Shown here: positions 13,080 to 24,505 of the stretch, piece after piece
How positions within the stretch are numbered: position 1 is the stretch's first letter
How the letters are laid out: the number at the start of each line of letters is the position of its first letter
DNA from: Microbotryum violaceum
Taxonomy: Eukaryota
Assembly: GCA_001244265.2 (NCBI GenBank)
Contig: CDLV01000007.1
Location: 744,001-808,000 of the forward strand
Direction of reading: 5' to 3'
DNA length: 64,000 nt
Notes under the pieces: generated by a model
What the model was told of the DNA's origin: nothing
Database searches by the model: none
Seen by the model: the letters and a program-made list of their open reading frames with translations, nothing else
Position numbers and translations under genes: made by a program

Positions 13080-14623
13080 CTATCCTATGTCAACCTTGAG
13101 GACCAGTAAATCAATGCGAATGCGAATGCGAGTCGGAATGCGAATGATCATCGGCGTCGTCATCGTGCGAATGACCAAAGTGGGTGTTGTAGTAGGTTGG
13201 TGTACAGCCGTCTTCGTCAGAGTCCAGTTCGTATTCTTCCTCCTCTTCTTCCTCCTCTTCGTCCAAATAGTGCTCCTCGGGTCGATGAATTCGTCCGCAT
13301 GAGCATTTGGTTGGGAACTCTGCGATAAGTCAATGGGTGACAGCTCGTAAGCAAACACATCTCTGACAATCGCCATCTATCCGCACACGACCTTACCCGA
13401 CACCGGCACAGCATAATAATAACCTTTCCCCAATCTCCCCCCACCAAAACCTGTTCCTTTATCCCCCTCTTCAGCAGCGCAGCATGCAGTAATTCATTCT
13501 CCTTCTTGTCCCCTTCTTTCCAACTCTTCAAACTCCTCTCCGCCCACCCTTCATCCTTCATCAACTCCCTGACAATCTTTTCCAACAATTTCGTCGATCC
13601 CTCTTCCCCAGGAGAAGATTTCGTCGCTCCTTTTCCACTTGCACTACTTTCCGAACCGTCGCAGGGCTCAATCGTTTCCAAGATCCGACTCAAGGGACCT
13701 AGCCAATCGAGATCTTCGTTCAAAGGATCCAAAGCCGATCGAGTTACGGTATGCGATCCCAAAGCTTGAATCGAGAGACCGATAAATCGTCGATTCACAT
13801 CTTCGGCTGTACAAATCACCCTTCGGAGGGATTGGTTTTCCAACTTGCCACCTTTTTCGAAGACCGTTCGATCGGCTTCGACGAGCGAGGAAAGTTGTTT
13901 TTGGTATTGTTGGACGATTTGAGATTGGTCCGTGTGCGAAGGTTCGGATCGGATCCAGTCGAGGAAGGAAGGAGGTGAGGTTCGTTGACCGAGTTTGAGG
14001 ACGAATCGTCGACGACTGTTCTTCAATGTCGTGGTGCCGGCTTTAGGGTCGGCGTGGACTTCTTTTGAAGGGTTGAGGGAGAAGTGGAGATGATACCAAG
14101 CTACTTGACGGGTCGAAGGGATCGGATCATGGACGTGAGGGACGTGAGGCAGGGACAGGACCCAGCAGAGCTCGGTCGAGATGGAGTCGAGGAATGGCTT
14201 GAAACTTGACCATGGGTCCGCGATGGGATTCGTGGCGGGGGTGGTGGATTTGGTTTTGGGTTTTAGGGAAACGGTCGTCGAGGACATCTTGTTGGAGAGG
14301 GCAAGGATCGGGCATTGCGATTTGTGCGATGGCCAATGCTTGATCTGGAGGAGGGGACGGGGCGTGCGTGAGATCGCAGTCCTTGCCATGACTTGATGGT
14401 TGACTCTACTACCTACCTGGCATTCCCGAGAGCAGTAGGCCACGCCTCGGCACTTTGAACAGACTTGAAGCGATCGAGACGCATCCGAGCCAGTCGTCGA
14501 AGGCGCCTCAGGAGCTATCACAGGAGCAACTATATCAGTAGAGCGTAGTCGCCGCATCCAGTAGCATCGGCAGATCGACTAACCGGCCTTTTTGCACGCG
14601 ACGCACTTATCGAGCTGGGCCAT
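13080..14623 (-). CDS. MYND-type zinc finger protein
   Basis: CVAC...CSKCRGVAYCSRECQ..HWPSHKSQC across exons. Confidence 0.75.
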
Positions 14624-15583
14624 CGTCGAGGAGAGTGGGCGGATGTGGCTGCGGAGGCGGGAGGAGACGATGTGGGGAGCGCCGGTGCGAAATGGGGCCT
14701 TTGCTCGCGGAGGTCCGAGCTCAGCACCTCAAGCACCACTGCTCGAAAATGGGGTCACCTTGCTTTTGATGGCACCGCACCTTTCTTAGAGGACTTGTTC
14801 GGTTGACGACTCGATGTGAAATGTCTCGGATCGAATCTTGAACTGTGTCTGACCCGGGACAACTTGCCAACGACTTGTTATTTGATCGAGATGAAAATGG
14901 TGAAATTTGTGGGGGACACCTCCGTGCCCGATGAGTAACAAATGACTCTGCCATTGATGACGAGTATTTCGTCTTCTAGCCACGTCTTGCTGTGATCTAA
15001 CGTGGATGAGTGTCGCAGTGCGAGATTGGCTGCAACGGCTCCTTCCTCGTTCGCTCACTCCTGTCGCCGCAAGCACCTTGATGATCGAACCCGACGACGT
15101 GCTCTTAAGCGACGAATTCTTACGCTTCGTTTTCTGAAGCCCCCAAGGCCTTTCGTCTATAGTTCCTACTACGTGTCTACCTTATATCGTGAACGAGATG
15201 ACAGTTCATGTTTGGCGTTGACTATGTGCTCATTTTGAGAGTGTCACGTGAAAACTCACTTTGCCCGGCATGTGCTACATTTCGGGACAGGAGCCGAGTC
15301 ATTACACGTTGGTGGAAGCGCAATTATTGGTAAGTAGTTAATCCCACACGGTCAGTGGAAGGACCGACGCCAAGCTCATCGACATCTTAAAGTGCCGTCT
15401 TGACGACCGATCGGCGGTTTGGGGTTTAACGGAGCCCGCTCCACCTCCTGTCGACGTCGATCAGGTGCGATGATGATCTGCTAGCGCGGCTGGGAGGGGC
15501 GAAAGTCAATTTCCCCGCCCCTGCGGGCTTTCTCACTATCCTTGACCCCAGATTGACCTCAGTTCACTTTCACGAATATAGGT

Positions 15584-16418
15584 ATGGACGGTATACGTGA
15601 TACTTTCGTCGATGAGCGATACGTCGCTCGTCATCGTCTCCCCCACCAGCGCTTCAACCGATTCTGGCTGTGAGTCCCTGGCACTCCCTCTCCACTCGCG
15701 CTCCGTCAATTCACGTAGCGCGGATGAGACTCACACTCTAACGCCCAGATAACACTCCTCTCGCCTGAGCAGTAATGCAGGCTACTCAGACGTCCAAGCC
15801 ACCGTTCGCATCGACTCGCTGCCGATCGAGATCGAGGAGACTCGGGTGCTCAAGAACCCCGAGTGGACGCTCGAGGGCAGGGCCAAGGTCGAGATGGGGT
15901 CGACGTTGAGCATCATTCTGAGGGATGATAGGTGTACGCATTGGGTGAGTGGAGGCGACTTATTATGGATTGGATTTAGAGGTCGTACTAAGAAAAAAGC
16001 TGAGGATAAGTGACATTGACGTGGATGCATGCGTCGCTGGTTAAACTGATAGGCGGGGATTTACGTCGCCATGTGGATCAACGGGGACATGTGAGTTCGT
16101 CAACGACCACATAGAACGCCAAACAACTCATACCTAATGACCCATCTGACTCAAACAGTGTCTACTCCGAATCTCTCAATCGCAACCACCCTCGACTCAA
16201 CGGCTACGTCTGGTCCGATGACCGAGCTTTCATCTTCACAGGAGACAAGGTCAGAACCTCCTTCTTCCTTCCCAACCGGGACTGGACAGCAGAAACCTTG
16301 ATGTTTACCGTACGATATGTCGATGTTGTAGCCCTTTACTTTCAGCGAAGAACACGAAGTGATTTCGGTCAGAGTCGGTATCTACAGCATCAAAGGCGGA
16401 GACAATGGGATCGAGTAA
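15584..16418 (+). CDS. Possible small multi-exon hypothetical protein
   Basis: Protein-like exons (YSDVQATVRIDSLPIEIEETRVLKNPEWTLEGRAKVEMG; YVWSDDRAFIFTGDK; ISVRVGIYSIKGGDNGIE*) separated by GT..AG introns; no family recognised. Confidence 0.35.
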
Positions 16419-17224
16419 GTTTTCTCGCTGCAAAGTAGTGGAGGAACAATTACTCATCACCTCGCCCCTCTGACACCTAAACCCTAGTTTCATCCCCATG
16501 GCATGGACCTACTTGTTCCCCGATCGACCCCCTCTCTTCTCCTTCCTCTTCGAACTAGAATGTGTTGGCACGTCCTGACCCCAGTCATCTTCTTCACTCC
16601 ATTCGTCCATCCCCCACTGACGATTCTCCTTTCCCCGCACAGCTCCCACAGAGAAAATAGCACCTCCCTCCAACAACCGACCACCTGTTCAAGTGTCCAC
16701 GACGATGACGTCGCAACGCAAGAAGTCCAAGAAGCGCAAGGACTCCGGATTTGGTCCAGGAGCCGATGACGAGGACGATAATGAGGAGAACAGTGAAACC
16801 TATGATGAAGTCGAGGCGTACCTTCGTCAACTTGATAGCGGAAGTGAAGAAGAATAAGGGGAGAAGTTATGGGTTGGTGGCTTGAGGCTTGAGCTTCGTC
16901 TGGGCTTGGGAGAGGGGTCTTTCTCGGCGCAGCTTGGGTTGGCGCATGCCGAAGCGAGACATGTCTGTAGCAAGGACAGCAATGCAAACTGTATCACCTT
17001 CCCAAAGGTCCTCTCTGCAATGAATGAATTCGAATGTTCGAAGATGACCATTTCTGCAGACCAAGCAAAACAACTTGAACCCGACGACGTGAATAACGAC
17101 CGAGGCTTGCTCACTCAAAACCCAAGTGAAAATTCGAAAGGAAATGATGGAAGAAGGCTAACACAGCAAGGGTCTCGAAACCACAGCATAGAAGAAATGT
17201 TCACTCCCCTAGCGCAGTTCCGAA

Positions 17225-18975
17225 TCACCGCAACAACCTCGTGTCTTCCGTCGGGCTCTCTTCCCTCCCTGCTCCTGTCGCACCACCTTCTGTCGATGTC
17301 GGATCCTCAATCTTGTTCCCCCAATCATCAATGCCTAATCGGTTCTGCCTTGCTTTCCAGCATAGGCAAAGGACCAAAAGGGCGCCTTGGAGGATGCCGG
17401 TTATACTGTTCAACGCAGGAGAACAAGGGATGTGAACTGCTGGTTGAGGGAAGTGAGTCTATGTTTAAAAATGGGACTGACAGGTAGGTGGCCCATCCGG
17501 ACCAATTGACGCCTGGTCGTACGGCCAACGTGTAAACGAATACAAAAGAACCAGGGGTCTGAGAACAAGAAGGGATTAGTCTCGGCCCACTGACGCCAAA
17601 GCAAGGGAAACGAGACCACTGACCTGCAACCACATCATCGGGATACTCAGGCTTCCCACCAACTGCTTTTGAGCGGTCAAGACCAACTGCGGCAAGTACT
17701 GCCCACAACCCAAAACGACGGCCATCAAACCCAACGTCGTAGCCCAAATCCTGACTGCTCGTTCAGAAGGATGTTCTCTCCCTTCTCCTGGGAACGCAGG
17801 GGGTGAACCTTCGTGCGGTGCTTTGGGTAATGTGACGAGGAGGATGACGGTCGTCAAGAGTGTGAGAGCGAGGTGGAGCATCGTCAACGCAAAGAGAGAG
17901 ACCGCTCGTCGATACTCTGGCGCGAGAATAATGCTGCTCTTGGCGACTTGGCCGGGGAGGAGCATCGAACGAGGGTCGAAGCTCGAGTTGGTCGAAGCAG
18001 CAGAACGCGACGACATGGACGACGAGCGTGATCGGGATCGAATCAAGTCACGGGGCGTCGAGGTGCGCATGAAGGAAGGAATCAAATGATCTGACCAAGG
18101 ACGCTCGGCAGGGATCGCGTTGGATTCAAGGGGTACGGTCCGGATGTATTTCTGCGATCTTGGGAAGTAGATGAGGTAGAGAATGAAGCTGGTGCGCCAG
18201 GATCCGTTGATTGGATTAGCATTAGATGCTCGCTGTTGGCGAAAGATCTGCGCGGACCAGACTTTCGGAGAAGGACTTGCATGAGGAGGAAGCAAAACCA
18301 TTGGAAAAACACCTGGCCGATGCCGAGGATCGATTCAAAGCACTGCCCCGCGGACTGCACAATAAAGCGAACAGGAAGGTCAGTGCGCTGGAAGCGGAAC
18401 TTTGTCAGAGCCGAGCAGACGTACGAGGTATTGGCAGCACGCGACTTGACCCCATTGCAGGGTAACGATGTTGAGCAGACTACTCGCACTGCCGAGGAGA
18501 GACACGAGACAAAGGTCAGCCTGAATGCATTTCGAGGGCACCCGGTGCGTCGGATCCGAACGGGGATCCGAGGGTATGCGCGTGCCTGCTTGTGGAGCCC
18601 AGCAGCAAGAAGAAAGGGCTGAATCCATCCGAGGTCTTGTTGTGAATGATGCGATAGTGCTAGATAGTGCAGAGACCGATCGAGGAGTGTCAGCATGCCA
18701 TCGTACTGGTGAGTGCGCGAGAGAGAGCCAAGTGGACGATGGCAGACCACGAGATCACGGGACTAGTCTCGACTGACCTGGGGCAGATACGACGCGATCA
18801 GGCCGACGATGATGAGCGTCGACAGGATCTGAGTCGTCGAGTCGTGTTGGTATGCGGCCTTGCACGTCGCAGGGGACGCAATCGGTCGACTGTGCAGTGC
18901 GTACATTCGCTGCGCACTCGAGGTGAAAGCACCCGCAGCCGCAGCCCTCGCTATCGCCATCACCGAGCCGCTCAT
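17225..18975 (-). CDS. PQ-loop repeat membrane protein
   Basis: GLIASYLPQ and QYLPQL PQ motifs, GFSPFFLLLGSTS, VGSLSIPMMWLQTPG, several TM helices. Confidence 0.85.
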
Positions 18976-19228
18976 GAGCCTTCGAGTTTCGCGAGTTTCG
19001 CTGGACGACGATGGATCAATCAAGCGGCCGACGGGAGGCTAGAGAGAGATCGCACGGGGGTTGAAGTTCGACAAAAGTGGGGGCGTTCTTGACAGCAGCG
19101 GAGTTACGTGTAGTGGCCTTGAGAACGAGTTGGCAGCGTGCGAATGAGTGACAAGTGCGACTTTGAAGTCGAAAAGCGATGCTCGTGCGACGCCGACCCA
19201 GCAAGGGACTGCATGTCTGCATGTGCAA

Positions 19229-20428
19229 AGGACCCCCGAAGCCCTGCCACAGGCGGCCCTCGAAAACCGGCCTTTTTCGACGCAAAATGCCCAATTTTTT
19301 TCCGGATTCTGACTGAGAATGTCCAAAAAAAGGGCCGCCTAGTATTGAATAACTTCTCAAAATTACTCTACAAGCTGTACAATGCTCAGAAAAATTTCTG
19401 CGCGTATTCCCGCCGCGCGCGGGCGGGAAAGGTTGCGCGCACCGAGCACCAAGAGCGGTGCCAGCGCGACCGCCAACGAGCCTTTTAAAAATGAAATGGA
19501 CTCAAATAGGATCTCATCTTTGTTTAATCATTCATTCGATGGATTGAATGCATATAATTTAGAGCTACATAGAAGAATGCACGCCAAAATAAGGTCCTCA
19601 ACTGCGCGCCATATCCTAATATATGTACCTAGAAATCTCTGGGAAAGTCGGAGGAAATGCAGTTAGCACACTGGCTAGGCCAGTAGTGTAGGACTCTTTG
19701 TCCCTAAATCAGAATCGATCATACCCACCAAATCCCCCTTGGGTGTTTTACAGAGACACAAGGCCAGCCTTGCACTCCTGAATTGATGCCCAGAGCTCTT
19801 CGAGTGCCATTTCGGTGATCGGGTGATCGGGTGATCGGTTCCAAAGAATCCGACGTGTATCGGTGGTGGCGAACCCTGGGAATCTTTGACCGACTAGGAA
19901 AAGAAAGATACGACTAGGAAAAAAAGATATTTCTCGGCAAGAGAGCTTCCAGATCGAAAGGAAGAAGAGGAGACGTAGCTCGACAAGTCGGCGTTCCGAG
20001 CGAGAGACGATCAAAAAACGATAAACGATCGCACATGCCTTACAGGAACAGCCCAATAAGTAGCCTCTGAGTCGTTCTGGTTACGAATTGCTTTTAGCCT
20101 ATCGTTTAAGAACGACAGATTGGATTTTATGCACATCAGAGGCGCATACCTTACAGCAAATGCAGACACTAACGCGCTCCAAACGCAAACGGCGCGACTG
20201 TTCCCCGCGCCGCGCAGCTGGGCCGGCTATGCCCTGCACCCTGCGCCTCCCGCTACCCTGGTCTGCGCTTCAAAGTTCGACCGGAGGGAGGAAAATGTCC
20301 ATGAATGAGGTGAACCTCGACCCCTTTTGAGCCAAAAATGGCCAAATTTGCGGGCTCCCTAGCCAATTTTCCGGTCCCCAGAATGTCCAAATTTGTGGGC
20401 CGCCTCTGGCTGGGCTTTCAGGGGTCCT
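19229..20428. mobile_element. Non-autonomous DNA transposon (1.2 kb), AGGACCCC-terminus family, copy 1
   Basis: Left end AGGACCCCCGAAGCCCTGCCACAGGCGGCCC, right end GGGCCGCCTCTGGCTGGGCTTTCAGGGGTCCT (imperfect ~31-bp TIR); perfect 8-bp TSD ATGTGCAA at 19221-19228 and 20429-20436; no transposase. Confidence 0.88.
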
Positions 20429-21816
20429 ATGTGCAAGGGACGCGCTTGCGCTTTGCGAGCCGCGGACTGGTCACTACAACAAACTTCCGAACAAGTTCAA
20501 GACCTCAGTACATGGAATCGTCTGAATTTTCCGCGCTCTTTTCAAAAATCCTGTGCGTCTAAAGCGGTTGTCTCCCATCCTCGAAACTCACAATGCTCGT
20601 CGTGAAAGTCGGAGTTGAGGCTGGTAGCGAGTGGGTCATGATCCTAGTACAGCGACCGCAAAAAAAAAAGACCGCGTTTGGACGTCCTCCCGGCCGAGCG
20701 AGGTTTTTCATTGGCTGCACTCTGGCTTAGTCTGGGACACCAAATGTGGCTTTGTAAAATTTTCGCGTCATGTTGAAAGATCGTTTCATAAATCCTCAGG
20801 TTCAACTGCACTCCTCCGAAACCATTCTCGAATTTTTGCCGCTTCAGCTCTCGTGAGCTCGTTCAAGTTTGAGGGCAGCATGGCAGGTTGCGTCTCGGGT
20901 TGGCTCTGCACCACCGCCCGCGCAGGTCGACCCTGGCCTCGACCGCCGGGGTCGATGCCTCCTCGTGGTGGCCCATGTATCGTGAGTACTCTTGACTACC
21001 ATTGCTGGTCTCTTCACTACCGCTGGTGCGGAATACTCGGCCAGATGCGTAGCTGGGTACGAAAAACGCAAGCAGGGGGGGAGGGTGAATGAAGACACTT
21101 ATTCGTGACCTAACACGACGTCTCACGACGGATGTTGACTTTATAGAGTACTTGTACTCTTGTTTCCTATTGTACGTACTTCTGTCTCTCGGGACGTGTT
21201 GCTGAACTGGTGCAGGTGCTGATGTCCCCTTTTTTTCTTCCTCCGCTCGCGACCCCTCTTCAAACCCCAAACAGAGCCTGACACCTCTCCCTCACCTTGT
21301 TGAATCACTTTTTTCTGCTTCACTCGGCAATGCTACGAGTGTCATACCATTGGGAAGGCATGTACTGACACCCCGTGCTCTCTCGTTGCTTTGGGGATCG
21401 CGCTTTCGCAACAGACTTGAACCCTCACGCCCTTTGGATGAATGGACCTTACTCGATCTTGCTGTACCTATGTTGGAATTTACTTGTATCTCCGAGAATT
21501 GTGTTGATGATCATCTAGGTCTCTGGGTAGGTCGAGCCCTTGGTGGGCGGCTCTGCCAAGCGTGTAAGAACATTGAGAGGAGCTCCTAGCAGCTATATAT
21601 GCAACATGTCAAATCCGAGGCATATATCTTGAATTGTGAAAGTGGTCGCAAAAAGGAGGCGACAAACGGTCTAACCTCCGCAACTTGAATTGACGATCGG
21701 TCGCTGTTTGACATCACGGTGCGCGGTCGCGGCGCGCTTCTTGCAACGCCGACCGCAGGCTACGCTGTGTTACGGGCGAGCGTCCACGACCGAGCTTCGG
21801 CAGCACCCTATGATCG

Positions 21817-24342
21817 ATGCCCAGCAAGTCTGACGTGCCTGAGGTGTTCAAGAAGCCATTGAAGCCTCTCAGTGCCCAGGTGGGTATTCTATCCTCGCTG
21901 TGGCTGGTTCGACGCGCTGATTTGGCAAGCTTCTCCTTGTCGCCGGCATTGGCTATCGTTGCTTTGGTGTAGCCTCGCTTCGGCTTTCCCCAAGCTAGTT
22001 CAAGAAGCGACACCTCGAGCAGCATCAACGTGTCGAGTGCAAAAGTGAACGGCAAGGCGAAGCAGGTGGAGACGATTGATCTGAGTCCGTTCTCGATCGA
22101 CTCGCTCAACGTTGCTTGTCCTCCAACTTACACGATACGCCTGCTTCTAGCAGCTGAGGATGACGACCTTCTCGAACCAGTCCAGCGGACAAAGAAGCTT
22201 TCAAAAGAATCTCCGACATCACAGCAGGACCAAGGTCTCTGGGTGGAGCAATACCTCCCGAAGGATCGGGTACGTCGTGTCCTCCCTCGCCGCTGGTTCA
22301 GCTTTGCTCGCTCTTCTACGGCGCTGACCAAATTTCCCTCTCCGAACCCCGACAGGACTCTTTAGCCGTACACAAGAAGAAAGTGTCGGACGTCGCATCC
22401 TGGTTCGACGAAGCTTGGAAACCCAAACTCGCGAAATGGCGAAGGGTGCTAGTGCTCAGTGGTCCGGCTGGAGCGGGCAAGACCGCGACTGTTAAGGTGT
22501 TGGCAGACGAAATGGGCGTCGAGATCCTCGAATGGAGGAATGGGGGTAATTGGGAGGTCGCCAATGATTCGGGTAAGTCTGGAAATGGGGCTCTTCTGTG
22601 ATCTGCTTGAGACCGGCAAAATCTGACGTCGGGGTCAAAAAATATTGGCTAGGTCGAGAGTCCATCGTGCACCAGTTTACCTCATTCCTCGCTCAAGCGG
22701 GTATGGCACCCGCTCTCCAACTCGGACCCGATCCCTCTCTACCTTCCATTCAACCCAAGCCGTCCACTTCAAGCCACGAATCTGGGGAACTCTCATCTCG
22801 TTCTAAAGCAGCTCGACTAATCCTCCTCGAAGACCTGCCCAACACGTCCCACTACCTAACCAAACTGGCCTTCCGATCCTCCATCCAGCAATACCTCGCT
22901 TCCCCTCGCGTCACCTGTCCTATCGTGATCATCATCTCCGAGGCTCTCTCCCGTCCTGGGCCCGACTCAATCGAGAACAACGCCGGTGGGGGTTTGATGT
23001 TTGATTCGCGCAGTTCGGATTCGTACGATGCGAGATCAGTGCTCGGGAACGAGGTACTGTTGCAACCGGGTGTGAGGGAGATCAAGTTCAACGCTATTGC
23101 ACCTACGGTCATGAAGAAGCCCTTGCTTCATATACTGGATCAAGTTTACGAGAAACCGGACAGGGGGGCAAGGGGGGCCAAACCGAGTGTGACTGCGGTC
23201 GAACAAGTGATCGCGTGTTCGAATGGGGACTTGAGGTCCGCATTGATGAGTTTACAGTTCTTGGCAAGCTGCGATGATGCGAAATGGGGTGGGGAGGATG
23301 CGAAAGTCAAAAAGGGCAAGAAGAGGAAGAGCGATGGTCAGCCTGTTGGTGAGACTTCTCCTGGAAAAGACCACGTTAAGAAGCTGTGAGTGGGTTGAGA
23401 TGTATCCTGGGAGAGGGTGGGAATTGATTAGATCGTTTTTCCTACTACAGATTACAATTCGTCACCTCGCGAGAAGCCTCGCTCTTCATCTTTCACGCCT
23501 TGGGGAAGGTGCTCTATTCGAAACGATGGAACATCTCCGCCGAAGAGGACAAGAAGGACCTTAACCGATCCGGGATCCTTCAACCGCCCGCCATCTCGAC
23601 CCCCCTCCCCAAACCCCCTCGTTATCTTCGCGCCAAGTACTCACGCGAACCCTCCAAAGTCGACCCGGACCACCTCTTCGCCGAAGCTCCTATCGATCCG
23701 GATGTTTTCCTCTCCTATCTGCACCACAACTACACCCATTACACCACCTCGATTGAACAAGCCTCCGAGATTCTCGAATCCTACTCCATCGCGGACTCCT
23801 TGATGCGGTTCGAAGGGGAGAACGAGTCTTTCTCCCTCCGACGGGTCCCTTTGACAGGTCAATACTCCTTCGCCGTCGCGGTCAGAGGAACGCTCTTCTA
23901 TCTCCCCAGTCCAGTACCAAAAAAGAAGCAGACGTTGAGGAAGTCTGAGGTATGGGGTCAGTTGAAGAGGACGAGGGAGAATGAAGGGCTCTTGTACAGC
24001 TTTGCTTCAAAGGGTTATTTGGGGGAGGATTTGAAAGTGGGGAAAGCGACGAGGGTCGATCGGGCCCCTTTGGTCGGGAGGATGATGAGGGACAAGGGAA
24101 GTGGTGGTGGGGTCCCTAGGCATGCGGCTTTTTTGGTTCAGTTGGCGACGTTCCCGACTGTTTCAATGGCCGAGACGCAGATGGTCGTGAGAGGGGAGGC
24201 GTTGGAGGAGAAGGAGACGCTTGATGAGGAGGAAGAAGAGCCGGCTGACGATGATGATAGGGATGAGCCGATGGACCACGCTTTCGAAGAGGTCTTGGAG
24301 GAGGAAGAGTGGTACGATCCCGATGATGATATCGAAGAGTGA
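21817..24342 (+). CDS. RAD17: Checkpoint clamp loader Rad17/Rad24
   Basis: LWVEQYLP...LAVHKKKVSDV, LVLSGPAGAGKT, ILLEDLPN, IKFNAIAPT, NGDLRSAL, FHALGKVLYSKR. Confidence 0.9.
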
Positions 24343-24505
24343 ACAGGCCCTGCGGGTCGATTGGTGGACTAGAAGATACGATTGCGACGACGATTATACA
24401 ACTGGAGAGATCAATCTGTACAAACAAGAAGAAACAATAAAATGTCGGATGCCAACTCTGCTTATGCGAGAAGAACGTGTACACTCCCTCTACTGATACT
24501 CTAAT

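Noticed and set aside
16490-17120. Short minus-strand hydrophobic ORFs
   Set aside because: Could not build a consistent gene model; may be a small membrane-protein gene but is unsupported
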